Positions 53,801 to 64,000 of a stretch of 64,000 nucleotides of DNA are shown here, piece by piece. The notes below the pieces were generated by a model. That model was not told the origin of the DNA, did no database searches, and worked only from the letters and a program-made list of their open reading frames with translations. How positions within the stretch are numbered: position 1 is the stretch's first letter; every line of letters begins with the position of its first letter. Position numbers and translations under genes: made by a program. The DNA lies in the NCBI GenBank assembly GCA_044892525.1, contig CM097885.1, forward strand, positions 14,944,001 through 15,008,000, read 5' to 3'. Source of the DNA: Schmidtea polychroa (taxonomy: Eukaryota).

Positions 53801-56800
53801 TGTGTTTTTAAACTTGTTTTAACATTGGGGATTAGATCACTTTTATTGGCATATTTACTGACATTTCAATATTTTATTTTTACTGAACGATCAGACACAT
53901 CAAGAAAAATTTTGAAAAACATTCGAAAATAGTTCCATTATTAAAGTGCTGCCTAAATTTGTACTACAACTAGTAAAGATTCCAGAACAAATCATCTAAT
54001 GGACTGTTTACTCATGGTACGTTCAGCTGATGATGGTTCGTCATAAATAAATTAATAATATATCTATAAAGATTTTAATTTTATTTTGTTCCTTTCAATC
54101 ACTTCAAAGCTGCATTTTTTTACGCTTTTCGCCGTAGTTGTCTGCACTCTTTATCATAGTCTAATTGTAATATCTGTCCGTATTGTATCTTTATCATTTT
54201 CTTTCACTGCTTTCCCATAAACTTCCTCCTCAAGTGGTGTTTCTTGAGCCGGGTAGCATGTTGTTTTGAAACGAGTGTTAATTCATTTTCATTTCACCGT
54301 CTCGCTTGGCCGATTGTTGGATTCGGAAGAACGAATATAATATCTCAGCGCAATTCTGCATTTGTCACACAATTTACATCTTAGTTATTATTAATAATAA
54401 TTAGCAAGCATTATTGACTAATTATGTTATTAATAAAATCTGATTAGGTCGTTTGGGATAAACTTTTATAATATATTTATTTACTATTTTAACCCTACAC
54501 TGCATATTGTATCACTGGTGATACACAATTATCTTATTAGAATAAAAACTGTCTCGCTCTTGTTCTCGGTAAATGTTCTCTCATATTACATTGTATTGGC
54601 TATATTTGCAATATAATACCCGTAATGTAATTCTCAATAGTTTTGTATTACCAAATCAATTTTTAAAACGTCTTACAGTTTAAGTGAAAGTGTACAAAGT
54701 ACTTAGACAACAATATAAAAAGTCATGCAGTGTAGGGTTAATAATATGGAGATAAACAGTCTATTAGATGCACAGGCCATTAGATGCACAGTCTACTAGG
54801 TGTACAGTTCACTAGCTGTACGGACCGCTAGAGGCACAATCCGTTAGATATGCAGTTCTTTAGATGTACAGTACACTAGTTCTATAGTCCGATAGATGTA
54901 CAGTTCACTGAATAAACAATCCACTAGATATACAATTCACTAGCTGTACAATTACTGAATATACAGGTCGGCCATAATTCCTTTAGATGTACAATACACT
55001 AGTTCTATAGTCCACTAGATGTACAGTTCCCTGAATAAGCAATCCACTAGATATATACAATTCACTAGTTGTACAGTCCACTAGATTTACAGTCTGCTGG
55101 ATGAATCGTCCATGGACTTTTTGACCACTCATTACTACTAGTTAAAAGCAGTAGCTAATTTTCTTTCTAGTGCAGATAAATTATATTTTATTTAAAAAGT
55201 TTAGCTGGATATTTTGAAAGATTTACTTATTATTTTTTTACTTTTATTTATAATTTATCTATATTTGTATTTATTTTATTTTTTATTGTATAGTGGTTAT
55301 TTTATAAATATTTAACCTTCAGTCTGTGTATTTGGAGTAAAGTAGACTCCTGTAGTTTTGATATGTTAGACGATGCTTCTGGTTAAATTTTTCATATTAT
55401 ATATTTTAAATTAACTTGCAAATTTTGAATAAAGTAAGTATTTTTTATGAATTAATAAAAATAATAAAAACTATTTTTAAAAATAAATCTTACAAAATAT
55501 ATGAAAGATATGAGATCAAGCTGGCCCTGTAAACAGACCTATGCAGTGGGTGGAGATTAATAATCTTTATGTAAGGAATTGTCAATCACTTATTATACAC
55601 TAATTCTTAGTAAAATCATACTTATGATAAATAATAATAATTTTAAATCTTTAAGAGCTTATTTCATTAAATATATGTAATAATCACAAATTGATTACCA
55701 GCTTAATGGCGCTTTTTATGATGTTGATTATTCTGTAAATATGTAATTGATAACATTGATAAAATAATAAATTTGCATTATTCGTTATCATATAATACTA
55801 ATATTTCAGAGTTCTGTTCTTTCTATCCAAACAGTTTATCATCATTATTTGTAAGGGCAAAACTTTACGACTGTTAGTTAGTGAGGCATTTTAGGTATTT
55901 CTTATTCATGGTAACAATCATGTCAAGAGTGGTATCCTAGGGCTGTATCCTTCATATTACTACTTCCGTTTTTGTTGCAGTTGTATTACCTAATTAGTTA
56001 TAGTGTTTTGGTAAAAAAAAATATACGTTCCTTCTCAATAAATTATCTTTCTTTGAATTTTCTCCTGGATTCTCTTGATTTCTTCGGATTTAATTTTCGG
56101 GTTCGATATTATAATTACCTAATAGACTCAGTCAGTTCAAAAACTAAGATAATTTTGAAATTTCGGTTTTGATCTCACATTTGGTTCTTTGACTGTAACA
56201 GTAGATTTACAGATATCAAATTTTCGCAAGGCCTTGAAGATTTTTTGCAATTTACTTTCCATAAGCAGATGTCCTTCTAATTTAATTTCATTATTTCATC
56301 TTTCTTCCATCTTCAATTTATTCAATTCTAATAATTGTAACTGTTAAACATTGAATATGGAAGCTAAGGGGTAAAACTAATTTTTCATATTGTGCATTTT
56401 TCTTTCAGCACTTGTTTTAAATCAGTATATATACCAGGCATGCTCAACTTGTATTGATCTGAGGGCCGGTTGTTAATTTTGGGATGTTGTCAAGGGCCGG
56501 GACAAACTTAAGGATAGTTTCAATAAAATTTACATTTAAATAAAACGTATTAAAGTCTAAATTCTAAAGTTAAATATTAGACATATAGAGTATAAACTTA
56601 GAATTACTATTCTTTTAAATTTCAAGATGTTTACTTTACTTTTGCATATGAAAATATTGAATTATTTAGTAAATCTGGTTTTACAGAATACTACCATACA
56701 TCTAAAATTCTAAAACATGAATCATCGCCACCCGTCACTCTAGTGTGACATTTGACACTTTTTGTCGTGACACAGTTCTGAAATGTTTGCCTTAATATTT

Positions 56801-59436
56801 GATGTTGCCACACGAAGTTGATTTGAAAGATTTTCATCAGTCAGCCTGGACCTGTTTTTGCTTTTAGTGAGTTTCATTTTTGAAAAAAACTGTTCGCGTA
56901 TATAGGTGCTAGGAAAAAGTGATACCATTTTAAGCGCATGAAATCGAATTGATGGAAATGTTGCAGGGGAAACATAAAGTTTGTAAAATTGAATCAAAGA
57001 TATTTCGTGATGTTTTCTTTGCAGGTCACTGTTGCACTGAAGTTCAATCAGTTCCATTTGAACTGAGTCTGGTGCAGCCTCTGCATTAAAATTGAATGGA
57101 TCTGAAAATAATTTGAAATCATGTTCATGAGCTGTGAAATCTGAAAATCTTGTGCTGAACTCTGTTCTCAGAATTGAAATTTGTTCAGTATACTTCTTAA
57201 TTTTCTCCAAATCTTCATTAGTTTTTCTGCATCCAGTCGACTTGGAAAATACACTGTGTCACCTTTCGAAAACTGAAATTCCCATAGTTTGAGTTTGTCT
57301 TGAAATGCTTTCACATGATCATAAAGATTGTTTACTAGTTGATTTTTACCTTGTAATGCTGCATTAAGATTATTCCAATGAGTTGTGATGTCAACCAAAA
57401 AAGCATCAATCGAACTAGCATCCAATAACTCCATAACAAACTTTTCCTTCATTTCCATGAAAACCAAAATTTCTTGACGAAGATTGTAGAATCGCTGCTG
57501 AAGCTTTCCTCTACTGAGCCAGCGAGCCTCACTGTAGTAAATGACATCACAGTATTCTACCTCAAGGTCTGCAAGAAATTCTTTAAATTGCCTGTGATTT
57601 AATCCACGTGCTCTGATAAAATTGACAGTTTTAACAACAACTGACATCACATGGTCCATCTTCAACTGCTTCGCACATAAATTTTCCTTATGTATAATGC
57701 AGTGTGATGCAATAAGTTCTGTATTATTTGGGATTTGTTCAGCTCTGTCTGGAACAAACCAATAAGCCCATTCTTTTCCCCAACCATTGCAGGAGCTCCA
57801 TCTGTTGTAGTCCCAGTTAGTTTTAAAAGACCAAGATTATTTTCTTGCAAAGCGTCTTTAACTTCATCAAAAATATCTTCTCCAGTTGTTGTCCCCTTCA
57901 TATTATCTAATTTTAGCAATTCTTCTGTAATGTTGAAATCACTGTCAACTCCACGAACAAAAATAGCTAATTGTGCAGTGTCTGTCATGTCAGTGCTCTC
58001 ATCCAAACAAATTGAATATCACTTTGAATATCACTTTTGTAAATAATGTTTGCTGTCTTGAGAGTGCTGCTGTGAGGTTCTGAATTTTATCCTTTCTCGG
58101 CTGGCCATTAAGCTCTTCAAATTTTTCTGCATGCTGAGTCTGGTAATGCCGCTTTACATTAAATTCTTTTCTAACAGCAACAGTTTGTTGACAGATTAAG
58201 CATAATAACATATTCTTAGATTCAACAAAAAAATATTCTGGAGTCCACCGTTCATTAAATAAACGGAATTCACTGTCTACTTTCCTCTTTTTTATTGAGT
58301 TCATTCTTAGTGGTTGTAAATTTTATTAATTAATACTGAATACTTGATAACAATAGTACAATGTAATTTAATTTTTAATCAAGATAGAACATGATTTTAA
58401 CAATGAAGCCAATACCTCATACAAAAATAACCAGACAAGAAACATTGATTGGCTGCTTGCATACAGTTACAGAAAACCTACATGACATTGTGGCTCATAT
58501 TAATCACTAATTGTAGGACTGTAGTTAAACATAAGGGGTAGTATTTGGCCCACATCAAATACTTACTATAGATACACTGCTGCAGAACAGTTGGCAAGCA
58601 AATACAAACCAGGTGTGATTTTGATGGCTTGACTAATCACAGCAAGACTTTTAATGATAATATTCTTGTTTGTCAACGAAGGGTCTGTTTACTGACTATT
58701 CATTCTAGCTGCCAAAGGGCCGGGTACGGCCCACGGGCCGTAAGTTGAGCATGCCTGATATATACCATTTCAATATTGAACCTGCCATAAGCAAATAATT
58801 TTGACATAATATCCGCGTGACATTTTTTGTGGTTGAATATAACTACACCAATGCGTAATTTACTCAAATTATGTGTCAGATTTGTATCATGGTTTTTGTT
58901 GATAGAACGGGTGTATTTCGTTTTAGACTGTATGTACCTAGCAAGTATGTGTGCACTCATCGGGCAGTGTACACAGTTTCCTGCTTATAGCAGAATGAAT
59001 TTGGAAATTATGTATTACTGACAAATTATAAACAAACTATCAAGTTAGATTTTGTTATAGTTTATCATCTTATAGCTTCACTTAGCATTATATAGTCATT
59101 TACTAAAAGAAAATAACCACTTGATTAAACTAATTCTAAAGCTGAGCTGAAAATTGAAATATTTTATTATTAATTAGCAAGTTACAAAGTACAAACCGAT
59201 AAGTCCAACTGGAGTTATTAATGAAGTCGTTTGGAGAGGAATGGAGGTATTTCCAATAAATAATTTCCCGGTCATTCTTTTACGAAATTTTTTATCCAGG
59301 GATTTTGGGCTGCAATAACTCCGTTTAATTTTACTGCCATCGGGGGCAATCTTGCAGCCAGCCCAGCTCTTATGGGAAACTCGGTTTTGTGGAAACCTAC
59401 TGATTCCTCTATTTTATCCAATTATACAATTTACAA
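47837..59436 (+). CDS. ALDH4A1: Delta-1-pyrroline-5-carboxylate dehydrogenase, 5' exons 47837-47874, 47919-48120, 48554-48757, 48801-48881, 59178-59246, 59300-59436; continues beyond window
   Basis: NE.IL.Y..GS.ER, ERAKIFLKAADL, TMLGQ|GKTIFQAEIDA.AELADFLRFN, RGME|GFWAAITPFNFTAIGGNL...MGNSVLWKP; canonical splice sites. Confidence 0.93.
49140..49600 (+). pseudogene. Penelope-like reverse transcriptase remnant
   Basis: RYIDDIFI at about 49399-49422 followed by LLDLKI. Confidence 0.6.
50891..51130 (-). pseudogene. WD40-repeat gene fragment within the ALDH4A1 intron
   Basis: LSGHLNVVLSVVWD...FTGGMNDTIIVWSL...LYGHSDSITKL. Confidence 0.65.
51318..51615 (-). pseudogene. Penelope-like GIY-YIG endonuclease fragment
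   Basis: NIAYCITCNVCKEIYIGCT..LHQRVKEY...SSVYRH. Confidence 0.8.
54493..54737. mobile_element. piggyBac-type MITE (TTAA TSD)
   Basis: TTAA|CCCTACACTGCAT...ATGCAGTGTAGGG|TTAA. Confidence 0.88.
54757..55105. repeat. Degenerate 16-bp minisatellite (CAGTCCACTAGATGTA)
   Basis: Direct reading. Confidence 0.85.
56435..58757 (-). mobile_element. hAT transposon (GTF2IRD2/SPIN-like), frameshifted transposase, 8-bp TSD ATATATAC
   Basis: TIR CAGGCATGCTCAACTT; DESTD..AQL, TTDGAPAM, YYSEARWLSRG, STY..EQFFSKM. Confidence 0.94.
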
Positions 59437-60499
59437 GTGAGAAAATCTTTATTGGAATTTATTTCAATTATAACCAATAATAACGAGATTAATTAAAATT
59501 AAACATTTGTATTCATTATTGCTTTCCCTGCAACCAGAACATTTCCCATTCACAATAATATCAATCAACTATCCTTGGTAACATTTATCTTCGCCATTAT
59601 TTCTTCTACATTATAAATGTTTAATGTTTTCATATTTATTTATTCTTGGGATTTGAAATTATTATAAACGTTGTATCAAATTCAATATGCAACACAATGT
59701 GACATGGGTAGAAGTTAATTTTAAACAATGTTATAAATTATATTTGATTTTAAATTATGCGTTATATTGAACTTAATGATAATCTATGTTCATAAGCAAT
59801 GGATTCCTGGTAACAATATCAATTAAATGCAACTATCTTCACTTTTCAAAAAACATTTATAAACTCACTTCAACTACTTCATTGTATTTCATTGAAGGGT
59901 TTTCTTATAATTACGAAGCAAACTTGCAGAACGAGCTAATCCTGGATACTCTAAACTAATTACCATTAGTTCCATGATCACAAGATTATTACTAAGATTT
60001 ATAGATTGGTGTCAAATGGGATGGCATTCTAGAGGAAATTGAATTATTAGAAACAATGTAATATGATACACGAACTCAAAAAAGATCGATTTTACTTGAA
60101 TTCATTGACATGGGAAAAGAGTTTGATTCTATCAGTCACAAATCTGGAAAGAATATCGCCTAGAAATTTTATTTCGCAGTTTTCCCATCAACGTTTAACG
60201 CTGCAGGCTGGAAAACTTTAACGATTGCCAATTTATCTTCATCAGTAATATCATTGTTAGAATCAACATCATTCTTAATGTTAGTGCTACATAATTATCT
60301 CTATTTCTTTGTAAAAGATGCGAAAGTTGTCGGTCTTAAAATAGTGTGCAATCGGAGTGGTTCTTTGATATGGTACAGAATCAACATAATTAAACAAATG
60401 GAATCTGTGGGAAAAAAAAGGTGCCAGATTTAAATCTTAAGTTCTCAGTTGAATTAAAATCTTTCCTTCAATAACTAATTCCTTTACAATTGAGTTTTT

Positions 60500-61500
60500 T
60501 TACAAGAATTGTTCAAAGATACAGATTTCTCTGCGTCACACGCCCCTTGTGTCATTGTCCTTTTAACTGTTCGGTGGACTCTCCCCACGATACTATTTCC
60601 CGAATGTCTATAGACATTTCAGTAAATCATCTTTATACATAACAGTTCAATACAATACAATGCACAGCCTTCTTATTTCGTCGGAGTGTACCGTTTTACT
60701 ATTGTCAAAGAGTGTTTCGAACAGTACACTATGCTCGAAAAATATTGATTGAAGTTGTTCAAGAACTTCTATTTCATTCTCTGATTTCAGCTTTCGCCTG
60801 ATTGAAAATATACTCGATCCACAATCGATTAGATTCAAGAAAATTGAGTTTCTATTATTAGTTCTATCCGCTACTAGTCTCCGCCAAACTTCCTATACAT
60901 TAAAATACCCATTTGTCCATTTAATTGTCGATGGATCGACACGTTTATATGTTTGACACTGTTCAACGATTTCCTTGACTGTGTTTTGAGACGGATGCCT
61001 TTATCCTTCTCGCTGAAAACAATGTCCGGTTTACACCAAAATGATCAGTATGGCAACTTTGTAGTAAATCCAATTTTTCATCAATCCTGCTTGCACTAGA
61101 CGCGGTCATTACGTTAGATTCGGAACTATTACATTTGTTTTTTAGTTGTGGCAACCATGGATTAGGCAGTCTTGTCATCTCATCTGTCTTATTTGATTCC
61201 ATCGGCACTAACTCCACGGTGACTTTTATGTCGTATTCGTTTATTCGACGAACCAATAATTTGGAAAACCCTTGACCTTTGGCCTCAAATCGTCGTTGAG
61301 TATCACATTCAACCAGCAATACATTAAAACCCTATCTATTTTGTGTACAGTAGTTTGCAAATTCAAACCGATTTTAACTCTATTTACTTCTGCCTATTAT
61401 AACTCTATTAACTCTTGGTTTACGCAGTCATGTAGCTTGTTAAACACGTATTGTTCCAATTTCCACGAATACTCCGATCGTGAGACTCCTTGCATCACGC
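60500..61500 (-). pseudogene. LTR-retrotransposon pol remnant (RNase H end and integrase zinc-binding region)
   Basis: N.TDEMTRLP...CHTDHFGVNRTL. Confidence 0.5.
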
Positions 61501-61799
61501 CATACATTTCCTGACTAAGTTTTTATTTCGTTTTATTTTCCTACTACCGGATCTTGTTTCTGTACTTTTTCTGTGATCTCTCCAATTGCGGCTATTATTA
61601 TTGTATTCACTTCTTGATCTCATCATCTATAGCCACAAAGTCGTTTCACAAATGAACAAGCCGGTATCAACCAGTGTGTAACAGGAAAATGTTCGATCAT
61701 TTGTCCAGTCCATGAAAACAGTCATCACTTGGTGACAATCGTCTGGATATCATCAACTTGATTATTTCGATTTCAAATCAGTTTTCTACGTTTCTTAAC

Positions 61800-63540
61800 A
61801 AATTTTAATCCAAGACCTTCAAACACCATCAATAAGTTCTGGATCATTTGTCCTCGATAAAAACTTTCGCAGGTGTTTGACGACGGACTCTGTAGCTTTG
61901 CTGATGCCTGTATTCACTAACAAAACATATTTCAATACGGTCGTCATGATTTTCGGCTTGACGTTAAGACCAAATTCGAGTCTTGTGGGAGCAAATGTTT
62001 AATCCTTGAAAGTAACAACTTGGAAAGTTCATAACGATGCGTCATCTCGTATTTGTAAATATACTAATTTTAAATCAACGACAACAATATTTTCAACATA
62101 TCTCCGCCATTTCTTATTTTTTCTAACATACATCTGCTTGCGCATTGTAACTTGAAACGTATTCGTTGATTTTTTGATAGTTTAAGACTGGTTTCACTTT
62201 TGTTGAATTACCGCCATTAAAGAAAACATCGCCTTCAAGTCGCCTCTATAAGGCTGCAACCATCCATTGTTGGTCCAACCTTCCACAGCCTCATTAAATT
62301 CATTATTGTACTGATGTATAGAAATCATCAGCGCCTCTGGGGCGTACTAGATCCAATTCAAATTCACAACTCATACCCTTCCAAGAAATTCTTGTCATCA
62401 ACGTAACTAACGGAATTCTTCTTGACTACATCAGTCCATGTTCATTTGCTTTGATATCCACACCTAACCACTCAGTCAAATAGTAGATTTCTTGTCGCAA
62501 TATATTCAGTCCCCAGTTCCACTTTGGTTCCTCGCACAATCACATCCATTCTTAACAGATTTTTACTTCCCGGAGCGATGTTAGGTGTAACTTAAGCATT
62601 TAAATTAATTTCATTACCCAGGACGTTCATCGATACATCTCTCACACAGCAAGTCAACTTATCACACCAACCAGCTTTATATTTCTTCTGACTCTGGAAC
62701 TGTAGTAACCTTCCATCATAGTTTACAAGCACACCTTATCCAAAGTGCTCGTTTACTCATGCCATCAACTTGAAATAATTTTATTGGCACTCGAAAATCC
62801 GGTCGTGCAGTTGGATCTACCATATTATTTTCAAAATGAGTTTACAATTTCTTGCGTAATGGTCAGGATTGCCACTCTTATGGCATTTGAAATGCGTGCA
62901 TTGAGATCTTACACGACCATCTTTACCACATCCGTATCTTTTCACGTGACTGCTGGGAGTGGCACAGGCATGGTTCGTTGAGTCCAATTCATAAGATGTT
63001 CACGGAAACTTCGTCCTGCGTAATAGTTGTGACAAAGGAATTGAAAGAGCACCAGGCCTGCTAGGTCTTGTGGTAGAATACTTACAAAAAATAATCTTAA
63101 CAAGTTATCTGGTTTTTTCCCAACGATTTCGATCAACGCTCTGAGAATCCCCAAATGCACACGCAGATTTTTATTTAAATGCCACTAAAATTTCTTTAAT
63201 TTAGCTCCTGATATCCATGGCATTTTACCAAATGTTTTTTCCAATGTTAAGAGCACATCTTCTAATGAAATATTATTCCCCAAACTTTTCCCAACATATA
63301 GAATATTCATTTCCAGGTGCACTAATGATAGAATCGCCAAGACTTTTGTTTCTCCAAACAATCTAGTAGCTTTTGTGTTTTCCTTGATAAATTCCCTGAC
63401 ATTCGCTTCATCATCCCCGCTTCAGCAATTACCAAGAAGCTGTATCAACTTTAACCCATTACCTCCCACTGTACTCACATGGGTATACTTGTTAAAGTCG
63501 TGATTTCATGTTTTTATGATGATTATCCTGGAAGTAGTGA
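61800..63540 (-). pseudogene. Non-LTR retrotransposon RT remnant
   Basis: SYVDD motif at about 62394-62408 (minus); elevated GC; broken frames. Confidence 0.5.
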
Positions 63541-64000
63541 CCCATTTCAACAATAGTCTAGGAAGAAATTCAATATGGCGGCAACGCAATGATAACCATC
63601 ATTAATTTCAGTTTGTTTTGTTCATAATAAATAACGATTAAAAGTAATTTTTACGTGTAGTTTTCTTTTGAGCGTTAATGGGTTAAAGGCCGCGATAGCT
63701 TGTGATTTTCCATTAAACTGAACAATAATGTTTATTAAAAGTACAATATTTTTTGAAAACTTCCTTTTTCTTAAGCCCAATTGTTTCAAAAGCATTCATA
63801 TGCAACAATTACAGAATAAATTTAGAATTTTAATGAACGATAACATTTGTTCCCTTTGTTAGTGAGAAATTTCCATTTCAGTCTTTATAAAAGAATATTT
63901 TAGCTTTATTTGTGATTATCCTTTTCGGTTTTTATTTTTTAATGAGAATTTCATTTGACTTTTTTAGTTAGAATTTTTAATAAAGGCTTTTTAAAACGAG

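Noticed and set aside
54026..54045. CTGATGA motif suggesting a hammerhead (also at 45410)
   Set aside because: No downstream GAAA or stem architecture.

Overview
AT-rich eukaryotic (probably invertebrate animal) genomic DNA with short 40-60 bp GT-AG introns. Bases 1-18683 are a near-complete Polinton/Maverick (adintovirus-like endogenous virus). Its left TIR runs off the window. It carries the full core set: pPolB, adenain protease, major and minor capsid, rve integrase and packaging ATPase. Reading the DNA directly predicts about 12 spliceosomal introns that the ORF track misses. Splicing them reveals a tail-anchored Bcl-2 homologue, an IAP-type RING protein and a six-exon protein with tandem SUMO-interacting motifs. 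Unspliced accessory genes encode a TBP homologue, a putative SSB and a putative GPI-anchored glycoprotein. The major capsid gene has one in-frame stop. The TIR is a dense array of AP-1 (TGAGTCA) and nuclear-receptor (TCAAGGTCA) sites. A 1.84-kb non-autonomous mini-Polinton with a perfect 6-bp TSD follows. The rest of the window is a TE graveyard (hAT, piggyBac, MITEs, Penelope fragments with minimal hammerhead ribozymes, LINE/LTR debris, more Polinton remnants and fold-backs) around four host genes: DGAT2/MOGAT, a cyclin, a small secreted protein and the 5' part of ALDH4A1. All splice models and protein assignments come from manual reading and motif recognition, not from searches or RNA data.
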